Assembly: GCF_000142905.1 (NCBI RefSeq)
Contig: NW_013657627.1
Location: forward strand, 1 to 63,924
DNA from: Thecamonas trahens ATCC 50062
Taxonomy: Eukaryota; Protista; Apusomonadida
Length of the DNA: 63,924 nt
Reading direction: 5' to 3'
The translations under genes were made by a program, and so were the position numbers. Positions 21,709 to 34,800 of this stretch are shown one piece after another. Position 1 is the stretch's first letter. Each line of letters begins with the position of its first letter. Under the pieces are notes generated by a model. That model was given only the letters and a program-made list of their open reading frames with translations. It was not told the DNA's origin and did no database searches.

Positions 21709-22679
21709 AGAAACAATGGCGATGCCCGTGCACCCGCTCGGGTCCAGCGTACATAGCCCTGTGAGACTCCCCAGCGACCAGGAGGCTGGGAAGCTAAGCA
21801 GGTGACGTCGGCGCAGGGAAGGGCTGTGGCGGGGCTCGATGGGGTGGTCTGGGTACGGGCGCGCCGGGCGAGCCAGCCGCAACGGCGGCAGCGACCGGCG
21901 GAAGCCGGGCCAAAACGAGATTGACAATGCCAATGACGTGCTGGTACAGCCTGTCGAGGTCCCGGTGGTGGGCACGCTGGACGCGCGCTGGCAGGCCAAG
22001 GTAGCGGCCTCGCCCGTTTCGACCTGACGCTGCGCCATGCGCCGGGCGCGGAGATGCTTGTCGCCGACGCCATCTCGCGCGCGGTACCGGCGGGTGAGCG
22101 GTCGACGGTGGTTGCGCCATGCGCCGGGCGCGGAGATGCTTGTCGCCGACAACACGCCGGGGGCGTGTGTAGGTGCTGCTGGCACTCGACGACCAGTCGC
22201 GCTACGTGATGACCGAGTGCATCATCAAGCCGGCCGGCTCGGCCGTCAACGGTGACGACTCTCGGTTGGCGCCGGTCTCATCCCGGCCGACGTGCAGGAG
22301 TGAGCTCAACGTGTCAGAGCTGGGTGCGGCGGCCGACGAACTGCGCGCCGAGGCGCGGTCGGCGAACGTCCCGCCGTCGGCATCGGCGGCGTACATGGCG
22401 TTCATGGGCCGGGCACGTATGGGGGTGGTTGCCCGGCTGCAGGACTCGGACCGGTCATGGATTCGGGCCGCGGCCCTTGAGGCGGACGCTAGGATGTCGG
22501 CGCGGCAGGCGCGGGCGGCCCGCGACGTGGCGCGCGGCCTGGAGCGCGGCGACCAAGCTCGGGCGCGCAAGTGCGCGTCCCGGTGAGGATGCTCAAGTCG
22601 TCGATGATGACGTTCCAGAAGATAGAACACCTCATTGCGGACCTGGATCTGAGTCCCGTGGAGAAGCAGCTGCAGCTGG

Positions 22680-25600
22680 CCCGTGCACCCGTTCAGGTCC
22701 AGCCACTGCAGCCGTGTGAGCTTGCCGAGAGCCCCCACGTCCGTGATGCTCGTGCACCCGTTCAGGTCCAGCCACTGCAGCCGTGTGAGCTTGCCGAGAG
22801 CCCCCACGTCTGTGATGCCCGTGCACCCGTTTAGGTCCAGCATGCACAGCCGTGTGAGCTTGCCGAGAGCCCCCGCGTCCGTGATGCCCGTGCACCTGCT
22901 CAGGCCCAACCTCCCCAGCCCCGTGAGCTTACCGAGAGAGCCCACACCCGTGACGCCCGTGCACCCGTTCAGGTCCAGCATGCATAGCCCCGCGAGCTTG
23001 CCGAGAGCCCCCACGTCCGTGATGCCCGTGCACCTGCTCAGGCCCAACCTCCCCAGCCCCGTGAGCTTACCGAGAGAGCCCACACCCGTGACGCCCGTGC
23101 ACCCGTTCAGGTCCAGCATGCATAGCCCCGCGAGCTTGCCGAGAGCCCCCACGTCCGTGATGCCCGTGCACCCGTTCAGGTCCAGCCACTGCAGCCCCGT
23201 GAGCCCACCGCGAGCCCCCACGTCTGTGATGCCCGTGCACCCGCTCAGGTTCAGTGTGCATAGCCCCGTGAGCTTGCCGAGAGCCCCCACGTCCGTGATG
23301 CCCGTGCACCTGCTCAGGTCCAGCCACTGCAGCCCCGTGAGCCCACCGCGAGCCCCCACGTCTGTGATGCCCGTGCACCCGTTTAGGTACAGCGTCCACG
23401 GACCCGAGAGCCCCCACACCCGCGATGCCCGTACACCCGCCCAGGTCCAGCCACTGCAGCCCCGTGAGCTTACCGAGAGAGCCCACACCCGTGACGCCCG
23501 TGCACCCGTTCAGGTCCAGCATGCATAGCCCCGCGAGCTTGCCGAGAGCCCCCACGTCCGTGATGCCCGTGCACCCGTTCAGGTCCAGCCACTGCAGCCC
23601 CGTGAGCTTACCGAGAGAGCCCGCGTCCGTGATGCCCGTGCACCCGTTCAGGTCCAGCCACTGCAGCCCCGTGAGCTTACCGAGAGAGCCCACGTCCGTG
23701 ATGCCCGTGCACCCGTTCAGGTCCAGCCACTGCAGCCCCGTGAGCTTACCGAGAGAGCCCGCGTCCGTGATGCCCGTGCACCCGTTCAGGTCCAGCCACT
23801 GCAGCCCCGTGAGCTTACCGAGAGAGCCCGCGTCCGTGATGCCCGTGCACCCGTTCAGGTCCAGCCACTGCAGCCCCGTGAGCTTACCGAGAGAGCCCGC
23901 GTCCGTGATGCCCGTGCACCCGTTCAGGTCCAGCCACTGCAGCCCCGTGAGCTTGCCGAGAGCCCCCACGTCTGTGATGCCCGTGCACCCGTTCAAGTTC
24001 AGTGTGCATAGCCCCGTGAGCTTGCCGAGAGCCCCCACGTCCGTGATGCCCGTGCACCCGTTCAGGTCCAGCCACTGCAGCCCCGTGAGCTTGCCGAGAG
24101 CCCCCACGTCTGTGATGCCCGTGCACCCGTTCAAGTTCAGTGTGCATAGCCCCGTGAGCTTGCCGAGAGCCCCCACGTCCGTGATGCCCGTGCACCCGTT
24201 CAGGTCCAGCCACTGCAGCCCCGTGAGCTTGCCGAGAGCCCCCGCGTCCGTGATGCCCGTGCACCTGCTCAGGCCCAACCTCCCCAGCCCCGTGAGCTTA
24301 CCGAGAGAGCCCACACCCGTGACGCCCGTGCACCCGTTCAGGCCCAACCTCCCCAGCCCCGTGAGCTTACCGAGAGCCCACGTCCGTGACGCCCGTGCAC
24401 CCGTTCAGGCCCAATCTCCCCAGCCCCGTGAGCTTACCGAGAGAGCCCGCGTCCGTGATGCCCGTGCACCTGCTCAGGCCCAACCTCCCCAGCCCCGTGA
24501 GCTTACCGAGAGAGCCCGCGTCCGTGATGCCCGTGCACCCGTTCAGGTCCAGCCACTGCAGCCCCGTGAGCTTACCGAGAGAGCCCGCGTCCGTGATGCC
24601 CGTGCACCTGCTCAGGCCCAACCTCCCCAGCCCCGTGAGCTTACCGAGAGAGCCCACACCCGTGACGCCCGTGCACCCGTTCAGGTCCAGCATGCATAGC
24701 CTCGTGAGCTTGCCGAGAGCCCCCACGTCCCTGATGCCCGTGCACCCGTTCAGGTCCAGCCACTGCAGCCCCGTGAGCTTACCGAGAGAGCCCGCGTCCG
24801 TGATGCCCGTGCACCTGCTCAGGCCCAACCTCCCCAGCCCCGTGAGCTTACCGAGAGAGCCCACACCCGTGACGCCCGTGCATCCGTTCAGGTCCAGCAT
24901 GCATAGCCTCGTGAGCTTGCCGAGAGCCCCCACGTCCCTGATGCCCGTGCACCCGTTCAGGTCCAGCCACTGCAGCCCCGTGAGCCCACCGCGAGCCCCC
25001 ACGTCTGTGATGCCCGTGCACCCGTTTAGGTACAGCGTCCACGGACCCGAGAGCCCCCACGTCTGTGATGCCCGTGCACCCGCTCAGGTTCAGTGTGCAT
25101 AGCCCCGTGAGCTTGCCGAGAGCCCCCACGTCCCTGATGCCCGTGCACCCGTTCAGGTCCAGCCACTGCAGCCCCGTGAGCTTACCGAGAGAGCCCGCGT
25201 CCGTGATGCCCATGCACCTGCTCAGGCCCAACCTCCCCAGCCCCGTGAGCTTACCGAGAGAGCCCACACCCGTGACGCCCGTGCACCCGTTCAGGTCCAG
25301 CATGCATAGCCTCGTGAGCTTGCCGAGAGCCCCCACGTCCCTGATGCCCGTGCACCCGTTCAGGTCCAGCCACTGCAGCCCCGTGAGCTTACCGAGAGAG
25401 CCCGCGTCCGTGATGCCCATGCACCTGCTCAGGCCCAACCTCCCCAGCCCCGTGAGCTTACCGAGAGAGCCCACACCCGTGACGCCCGTGCACCCGTTCA
25501 GGTCCAGCATGCATAGCCTCGTGAGCTTACCGAGAGCCCACGTCCGTGATACCCGTGCACCCGTTCAGGCCCAATCTCCCCAGCCCCGTGAGCTTGCCGA

Positions 25601-25850
25601 GAGCCCACGTCCGTGATACCCGTGCACCCGCTCAGGCCCAACCTCCCCAGCCCCATGAGCCCATCGCCACGCAGAGCCTCCACACTCGCGACGTCAGTGA
25701 CCTCAAGCCGGCCAGTCCACCGAGCACCACCAGCCGCCCATGCAGCCAGCGAGCTCGTCGTCACCACGCACACGTGCCATGGCGACGAGTGTATCCAGAG
25801 GAACAACTCTTCGACCATGTCACCAGTTCTGTCCGGCTTTGGCTGGCTGC
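22680..25850 (-). pseudogene. Leucine-rich-repeat gene with ~43 tandem 69-bp (23-aa) Cys-containing LRRs and several frameshifts
   Basis: Consensus LxxLDLNGCTGITDVGALGKLTG repeated from 22680 to ~25660. The ORF track is split across frames. Confidence 0.9.
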
Positions 25851-28808
25851 TCCTCACCCATGGTGGCCACAACGCACATCACTCTCTCAGCCACACATAC
25901 CAAACCTCCCGACCGCCCCCCTATGCCCCGCCTCCGCTCCGCACCCGCACCCGCCGAGTCGAAGACGACCTCGTCAGCGACGACATCATCAGCGACGTGA
26001 ACAACCTCATCGCGGCCCGCGTTCAGGCGCATCGCAGTCACCGCCACCGCGGGCAGCGCCGGCATCGGGGCCGTCGCAGGCGTACTCCCCCTCACCACGG
26101 CCCTTCCCGCTCCCGTCCAGAAGGCATGCATCGCCGTCGCCGTGGTGGCTGCGGCCATCATCCTCGCGCCTCTCGTCCCAGCTCTGGCGGCGATGGCGGT
26201 CGCTGCGCCGATGGCCGCGGTCGCTGTTGTCGGCGCGGCGCTGCCTCTCCTCGTCTTCGCCATTGTCTACCTCGTCGGCGCCAAGCGGGAGGCAAGCTGA
26301 TGATGAAAACCATCATTTACGTGGTGCGCAAGCAGGCGGTTGCAGCTGCGGGGGAGGCGGTTCCAGACGCGCTCGGGCTGCGGCGCTCACATGGGCCCGC
26401 GGGCCGTTGTGGTCCAGCGTCGCGTACGCCGGCGGAGCGATGCCGAAGAACGCCATGTTGTGCGCGCCTTTGATGAACGCCTCACGGCCGCAAGTTGCGA
26501 TGCGCGTTGGAGACGGTGGCCATCAACAAATCGTCGCCAGCCTCGCGGCCTGCCCAACAGACGATGCCGCTCTTGGGGGAGGCGCCTTGTCGGTCCATGC
26601 CGCCAACAACGCAGCATGGGCCATGTACGGTCCGGTCCGCACGGCGTGGTCCAGCGCCTCAAGATCCGGTGGCGCATGCCCGGCCCGTACCGCAGCATCA
26701 CGTTGCCCAGCGGTCGACGGACGGCGGGATACGGGTCGTTGTAGGAGACGGCGAGCGAGAGCTTGGCGTCGATTGCCGCTACCCGTGGCCGGCATGGACG
26801 AGAGGTGGTGATGTGTGGACTGGCGACGAGCGGGGTGGGTGTACAGATGGAGTACGTGGATGTGTGTGTGAGCTAGCAGCCGAGGCGCAAGCTGACAGGC
26901 ATGCGCATGCGGCATTTGGAATTATGGCGAAAAACTCTCCCAAACGTACCTCCCCCCCCCCCCCCCCACCCCACCCGCGGACACAGACACAGCCACACAC
27001 AATGAAGAGACGCTTCCACAGACCAGCAGCTTCTGAAGAACAGGAGCAAACAGGACAGCAGCAGTGTCAGTGGTGGAACTCTGCCGCGCACGTCCACACA
27101 GCATGGCATTGGTGTTTGGCGGTGTTTTCTTGGGCGATATTTTCTTGGCTGCAAGGCAACGACTCGTCGTAATACACTGGACTGCACTGCGGCTCCCACC
27201 ATGCTCGACATACGCATGTTCAGCCATCCCGAGAGCATGGAGGCTGCTTCGCTCATTGCGTACATGGTGTACCAGGCGTCCGACTTGGACACGGGCTCTA
27301 TCCTCGCTCTAGCCTGCACTTGCCGAGCGTTTTGCGTAGCGCTCTTTGGGTTCCCATGGACACGGGCGATGTATCGGTCGAGGATGGCTGTCGAGCGCCG
27401 CGAGAAGGCCATGCGCGAGGTGACAAGAGCGCGCATGGTAGGGTGTGATGTGGCAGAGGCGGATGAGCGGTTCATCAAAGTAGTCGCGGATCGCGAGTTC
27501 GTCGACGCCAGCGACGACGACTCGGCGGCCTTTGCACAAACAGGCCCGTCGAGTGTGCTCCGTCAGGTGTACAGCTCGCAGGTGGCGTCGACGAAACGCG
27601 TAGTGGCTGGCCCAATGCTGCTCGCGCAGCTCAGCGGCGCAGAGATCGGGCTGTCCGCGGCCGAGCTGGAGCTGGTGGTGATGAGATGGGCGGAGCTGGC
27701 GCAGACGTTTGGGCCGCGGCAGGCAACGATTGCCGTCAAGGCCGCGCTGGCCAAGGTGGTGGAGGCAGTGAGTGGAGACGCGCTGATGGGCGCGCCGACA
27801 GGCTCGACGCAAGCTCGGATGCCGCTGCTTGTGCTCTCGTCCTACCCGCCGTCTAACGTCGACACCGAATGCGTGCACATCGTTCGCTACTCGGACGTGG
27901 CAGCCGACAACCGGAGACTGCTGTCGCTGACCTACGCCGTCGTAGCCGAGACGCTGATGATGATGACCGGCGTGAAGGAGGCATCTCCGCAGGAGGCACT
28001 CGTGCTCATCCACGAGCTGGTGTTGACCGCTGACGTGTGCCCAAACGACGAGGCGACGCGCGAGTCGCAGCGGTCGCGCTTCGCCAAGCCGTCGGCGGCG
28101 GCATGGAAAGATGGAGTGGCGGCTACTGCCGCGGCGCTGGTCGCGGTTGCTGACAAGCTCGGCACGGTTCTGATGTTCAGCATCAAGGGCGGAAAGATGC
28201 TGGTCAAGGCGCTGCAAACGATGCCGGGCGTATGCGCAGTGGCTATCAACCTGGGAGCTTTTGCGGGCAGAAACCACATCGAGACGCACCATGTGCTTGG
28301 CAATGGCTGCCTTGCGTTTGCCATTGTCGTCGCGGGCAGAGCCACACCAAGCATGTTTGTCCTGCTCGTCGTCGCCCAGCCGTGCGCAACCGCAGCCTCC
28401 AAAACAACCTCTGCTAGGGTCATGGCCGCCCGGCGATGTGCAACAACCCTCGCCGACGTCGTCTCGTGGTTTGTGGCGGCGCCAGCGATGGACAAGTTGG
28501 CACCCGAGCCATTCATCGGCATCAGGCGCGTCAACGGCCTCCACGCCATCCTGTCGTCGCGCCGCCCCGTAGACCCCGCACTCTACCTCAGCGGCGAGAC
28601 GCTCGAGAGGCTCTATGCAAAGTACGGTGTCGGCGTCGAAAATCGCACAACGTTTCGCGCGGCTGCAGTCGATGTCGCCCCCCTCGTGGACGTCAACCCC
28701 GCCGAGTACGTCGATGCGGAGACGCTGGAGATGCTCATCGAAAAGCACGGCATCGAGCAGAGAGCTGAGTTTAGGCTACCCATGTGCAAGGTCGCACCGT
28801 TTGTGCCG

Positions 28809-30764
28809 ATAGACCCGGCAAACTGCTTTGTGGACGAAGCCCTCGAGGACATTTATGAGCGCTACGGCGTCCGCAGCGAAGATCGCGCAGCGTTCAGGGT
28901 CTCCGCATCGATCGTGGGCGGTCTCCTCGGGTCGAGGACGAAGATAGACCCGGCAAACTACTTCAAGCCTGAGCTGCTGGAGGACATTTACGAGCGCTAC
29001 GGCGTCCGCAGCGAAGATCGCGCGGCGTTCAGACTTCCTGCATCGACTGTGGGTGGTCTCCTCGGGTCGAGGACGGAGATAGACCCGGCAAACTACTTCA
29101 AGCCCGAGCTGCTGGAGGACATTTACGAGCGCTACGGCGTCCGCAGCGAAGATCGCGCGGCGTTCAGACTTCCTGCATCGATCGTGGGCGGTCTCCTCGG
29201 GTCGAGGACGGAGATAGACCCGGCCGACTACTTCAAGCCTGAGCTGTTGGAGGAGATTTACGAGCGCTACGGCGTCCGCAGCGAAGATCGCGCGGCGTTC
29301 AGACTCCCCGCATCGATCGTGGGTGGTCTCCTCGGGTCGAGGACGGAGATAGACCCGGCAAACTACTTTGTGGACGAAGCCCTCGAGGACATTTACAAGC
29401 GCTACGACGTGCGCAGCGAAGATCGCGCGGCGTTCAGACTTTCTGCATCGATCGTGGGTGGTCTCCTCGGGTCGAGGACGGAGATAGACCCGGCCGACTA
29501 CTTTGTGGACGAAGCCCTCGAGGACATTTACAAGCGCTACGACGTGCGCAGCGAAGATCGCGCGGCGTTCAGACTCCCCGCATCGATCGTGGGTGGTCTC
29601 CTCGGATCGAGGACGGAGATAGACCCGGCAAACTACTTCAAGCCCGAGCTGCTGGAGGACATTTACGAGCGCTACGGCGTCCGCAGCGAAGATCGCGCGG
29701 CGTTCAGACTTTCTGCATCGACTGTGGGCGGTCTCCTCGGGTCGAGGACGGAGATAGACCCGGCAAACTACTTCAAGCCCGAGCTGCTGGAGGACATTTA
29801 CGAGCGCTACGGCGTCCGCAGCGAAGATCGCGCGGCGTTCAGACTTTCTGCATCGACTGTGGGCGGTCTCCTCGGGTCGAGGACGGAGATAGACCCGGCA
29901 AACTACTTCAAGCCCGAGCTGCTGGAGGAAATTTACGAGCGCTACGGCGTCCGCAGCGAAGATCGCGCAGCGTTCAGACTTCCTGCATCGACTGTGGGCG
30001 GTCTCCTCGGGTCGAGGACGGAGATAGACCCGGCAAACTACTTTGTGGACGAAGCCCTCGAGGACATTTACAAGCGCTACGACGTGCGCAGCGAAGATCG
30101 CGCGGCGTTCAGACTCCCCGCATCAATCGTGGGCGGGCTCCTCGGGTCGAGGACGGAGATAGACCCGGCCGACTACTTCAAGCCTGAGCTGTTGGAGGAG
30201 ATTTACGAGCGCTACGGCGTCCGCAGCGAAGATCGCGCGGCGTTCAGACTCCCCGCATCAATCGTGGGCGGGCTCCTCGGGTCGAGGACGGAGATAGACC
30301 CGGCAAACTACTTTGTGGACGAAGCCCTCGAGGACATTTACAAGCGCTACGACGTGCGCAGCGAAGATCGCGCGGCGTTCAGACTTTCTGCATCGATCGT
30401 GGGCGGTCTCCTCGGGTCGAGGACGGAGATAGACCCGGCAAACTACTTCAAGCCCGAGCTGCTGGAGGACATTTACGAGCGCTACGGCGTCCGCAGCGAA
30501 GATCGCGCGGCGTTCAGACTTCCTGCATCGACTGTGGGCGGTCTCCTCGGGTCGAGGACGGAGATAGACCCGGCCGACTACTTTGTGGACGAAGCCCTCG
30601 AGGACATTTACAAGCGCTACGACGTGCGCAGCGAAGATCGCGCGGCGTTCAGACTCCCCGCATCGATCGTGGGTGGTCTCCTCGGGTCGAGGACGGAGAT
30701 AGACCCGGCAAACTACTTTGTGGACGAAGCCCTCGAGGACATTTACAAGCGCTACGACGTGCGC
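28809..30764. repeat. 135-bp (45-aa) tandem repeat, ~14.5 copies, plus ~2 more at 36778-37030
   Basis: ATAGACCCGGC at 28809, 28944, 29079 and onward. Unit IDPANYFKPELLEDIYERYGVRSEDRAAFRLPASIVGGLLGSRTE. Confidence 0.97.
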
Positions 30765-30788
30765 AAGCCAGGCCGCAAATGACGTAGG

Positions 30789-30943
30789 TGTTTTCACAGA
30801 ACTACGATGGGGTGTGACGCAGGGTGTGCACAAGCAAAGGCTAAACCCGATTTTACCCCGAAGACCGGCACCGAAAGCTGACGTCAGGAGCGAGGGAGAG
30901 AGAGACGTCTGCCCCAGGCTCAAGCACACGCTGTCTTGCGACA
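30789..30943 (-). repeat. 3' LTR of the chromovirus
   Basis: TG...CA termini; matches 36581-36735. Confidence 0.92.
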
Positions 30944-31880
30944 CCCGCCCCCGAGCCATCGCCTGCCCGCACGCGATGGCTCCGCTCGCAAGGTCGACAT
31001 CACCAACAACTCACTGCCTCTCCGTTGCACCTCGGTCTCGCGGTGCTACACAGTGGCTCCCAGCCACTCCCGCCTCTAGTCCACGGCGGCGGCCTCCTAG
31101 GCCCGCCCCCGACTGAGGACTCCTCCCAGTAATGGTCTTGCGCTGCCCTCGGACTCTGTCCGCCGCGCTCACATCACCGGCCTTTCCGGCGAGCTCCAGC
31201 CCGACGTCTCCTTTCAGAGACCGACGAGCTCACCGGCCCGCACACCCGCCAGCGTCCCGGCGGGTGGCGGCCTGCCGCCTTTATCGCATTCCCCGAGCTC
31301 AACGCTCGGCTTCCGAGCCCAGGATGGCCTGTCCTGGCTCGCCCAGATCCGTCGAGACATGCCCCTGCTCCGCCCGACCGCTCCGAGCGCGTCGGTACCC
31401 CTGGTTGCATGTAGCTCCACCGATCCACCCGACTCGATACGGTCCTCCCGCGTGCGGTGCTTCACCACCGCCCTGAGGCAGCCTCTTGGCTCTGTAGATC
31501 TTGGATGGACGTAGCACATTGTGGGCCCCTCGCGCCTTTCGCGCTCCCCGGCTTGCTTTCAAGCCGCCTCGGTCCCGTGCCCGTCCCCTCACTGGCGCAG
31601 CCTGGCTGGCTCTGGCCGACGACCTCGTCGTGGTCCCGAGCTCCAACGTATCTTTGAGTCCCTGCCCCTGCGCGGCGCCCACCTGTGTGGGTGCCCACGC
31701 TGGCAGCCCGCCGTGACGCTCGCCGGTACCCGGCTCGCGACCCAGCCCAGGCGCGACCCCATCGCCCTTGCGATCGATCGCCGCCTGTCCCAGCGGTCCG
31801 CGCCGCTTCCAGCAGCGCCCGCCCCTGCGATCCCTTGAGTGGTGAGCTCCCCGCTCCCCTCCATGATCCCAGGTCCGAGC

Positions 31881-34800
31881 CTACGCTCGCTTGCCCCGAT
31901 GACTCCGACGACTACGCCTTGCCACCGATTCCCGCGCCAAGCGTCGCCCGTTCCCGCGCTTCGCGGTCGCCTTCCGGCGCCGCCCACGCGCGTCCCGCGG
32001 CTGCTGCTTCCGCGCTTCCCGCGCGTCTGCCAGCATCCGCCGTACCTTCGGCGCCCACACCGTCGCTTCTAAGATGAACGCAGCCGGCTCCACCGTGTTC
32101 TGCCACGGCTCCCCATCGGGATCCAGCCCGGCCCATGCCACCTCCACTAACGGCCACCGACCGAGCCTCCGGACTGCTACAACGTCCTCGACCACCCATC
32201 GGCCGCATCGCCCGTCGTCCGGCACCGAATCCACGTTGTTGGCTGCGCCCTCTGGCAGCAGCCCCACTACATCCACATGTACTACCTGTGGTTCCCCGTC
32301 GCCATTCTCCAGCAACAGCCTATGCGAGCCCGACCGCCCGACCACCATCCGTGGCCCTTTCCATCGCGGATCGAATTTGACTCGCTCTTCCTGTGGAGTA
32401 CGCAGTAGCACGAGTTCCCCGGGCACCGGTCGCACAGTCTTCGCTTGCGCCTCCGGTTCCTGCCCTCCAGCCGCAGCCCGCTCGCGCTCTCGCCTCGCAT
32501 CCTCTCGGTGCTGGCGCCAAGCTGCGAGACGTTCGGCCTGTGCCGCCCGCAACTCCTCGTCCGTGGCGGTGGGCCGTCCGTAGAAAACTACCTCGGGCTC
32601 GACTCCCGTGGCCCAGTTGGTCACTCGATTGTGTGCCCGCACCGCTTCTCCCAGCCTGCGGACCACGTCGACCGTGCGCCACTCGTCGAGACCACGATGC
32701 CTGTCTACAATTGCCGACCCAATGGAGCGCGACCACAGGTTGTGCAACCGTTCGAGCCGCGCCAGCGACTGTCCATGGTTGGGCGCTGTCTTAACCAGCT
32801 GCAGCCCTCGGGCCTTCGCCCATGCCTCGAACTCGTCCGCCACGAACGCTGGTCCGTTGTCCGAGACCACGCGATGGACTGATCCCGGCCAGCCCGACAA
32901 CACCTGTTCGAGTGCGATGATTGCATCCGTCGCCGATGTTGACTTCACCACCGCGAAGTCCATGAACCTGGAACAGTCGTCCACTGCCGACAGCACCTTG
33001 ATGTCCCCGTCCGCGCACGAAATGCCCGTGTAGTGGTCGATGAGAATGGTCTCTCCCACTTCGCTTCGATCACCAAATCTGCCAGTCGCCTCTGGCAGTG
33101 GTTGCGCCTTCGGTAGTCTTGATCGCTGAAGGAGGCACCCCCAGCAGTGTGCTACAGCTTCCCTTGCCGCACGCCGCTCCGCCCCCCGCAATGGGCTCTG
33201 CGCTGCCTGACGCACGAGCTGTGCTGTCTTCTGTGCACCACCGTGGCCGGTAGCCCGATGAGCAGCCAACGCAATCAGCGTCAGCTCCTCCGGCTTCGCC
33301 TCGGGGTCCCTCAGCCAGCTGGCGAGCCACGGTCTCCATGGCATCCCTGCCTTGCTCTTGTCAACCGTGTTCGTCACCATCACGGCGATCGCGCCGTCAC
33401 TTGCGGTATCTCCGCCGATCTCCATAGCGCCAACGTCCTTAGCGGCTTGCTTCGGGTCTCTCACTCGCCCCCAGCCGAGCGCTTCGTTGATTTTCGCCGG
33501 CCGCTCCCACGGCGCCAGCCTCATCTGCTCTTCGGCAACGATGCGGTCGAGCTCCTCCTCGCTAGGCCGCGAGCCGTAGGCAAAGGACGCCATCGTCACC
33601 TCCGCGCGCAACGCTTGATATGCCTCTGATTCGTCATCCGCGCGCCAAAAGTGCCGCGACAGCACGTCCGCCACGTTGGCCTGGCCGGCCACGTGTAGAA
33701 CGTGATATTCGGCTAGCTGGCCGATCGCTAGGATCGCCCGCGCAACGCGCGGTCGCACCAGCTCCAACGATGCACCCATCAGCAGCGCCGCCAACGGTTT
33801 GCTGTCCGTGACGATGACCGGCGGATGAGCAGCTCCGAGGAGATAACGCTTGGCCTTCTCCAAACCAAAGCTCAACGCCAGTGCCTCCCTGGTGATCTGT
33901 GCCTGTTCAGCCTCCCGTGCTGTGGTACGCCGCGAGTAAGCCGCCACGAGCACCAGCTCCTTCCTTGGCCGGTCCTCGTCTATCTGCAGTACCATCGCGC
34001 CGAGTCCACGCGGCGCTCCGTCGACTACAAGCAGTGTGCGGCGGTTCCGTCGGTATGTGGAGCGTTGCATCTGCTGCTCCGCCCGTGCCCGGAACGCCTC
34101 TAACTCTTCTTCGGCTTCTGCCGTCCACCGGAATCGGCCTTCCGCTGTTAGAGCCCTCCGCATTGCCGATGTCTTCGCCGACAACTGCGGGAGGAACAAG
34201 CCTAGCCACACAATGCTGCCCAGCACCGACTGCAATTCCTTCTTGTCCTTCGGCGACGCCAGCTCGCGCATCTTTGATCGGTATGCGTCTGTGACCGACA
34301 CCCGTCCGAGTCTCACGCGGCTGCCGTAGAAAACGACCTCCTCCTTGCACGCTTCCAACTTCGGAATACCGTACCAAAGACCGTTTGCCGCCCCGGCTCG
34401 TAGGTCTGCTATCAGCTGGTCGACCAGCAGCCGTGTAGGTGTTCCCGGCAGCTTGCCTAGCACCGCGTCATCAAGGTATCGTTCCCTGCGCAGCGCCGTG
34501 CTCTGCAGTGGTGGGTAGACATGGCGAGCGAACGCCTCGAACAGTCGCGGCGATGCTGCCAGGCCCATTGCCAGCCTCCGCAATCGCCACCATCTCCCGC
34601 CTACCTGGAATGAGAGGATCCGGGAGGCTTCCTCCGATAGCTCGATTGCTAGGTAAGCCGCAGCACAGTCTGTCGAGCAGAACACGTCGCACTCCGCCAA
34701 TCGGTCCAACATCGCTTCCACTTCCGGGAGCTCCACCGTCTCGGCCGCCAGCCGCTGGTTGAGTGCCCTCAGATTGAGACATAGTCTCACCGAGCCATCT

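Noticed and set aside
22031-22150. 38-bp direct repeat pair with a 44-bp spacer (CRISPR-like spacing)
   Set aside because: Only two repeats, no cas genes and a eukaryotic context. A simple local duplication explains it.
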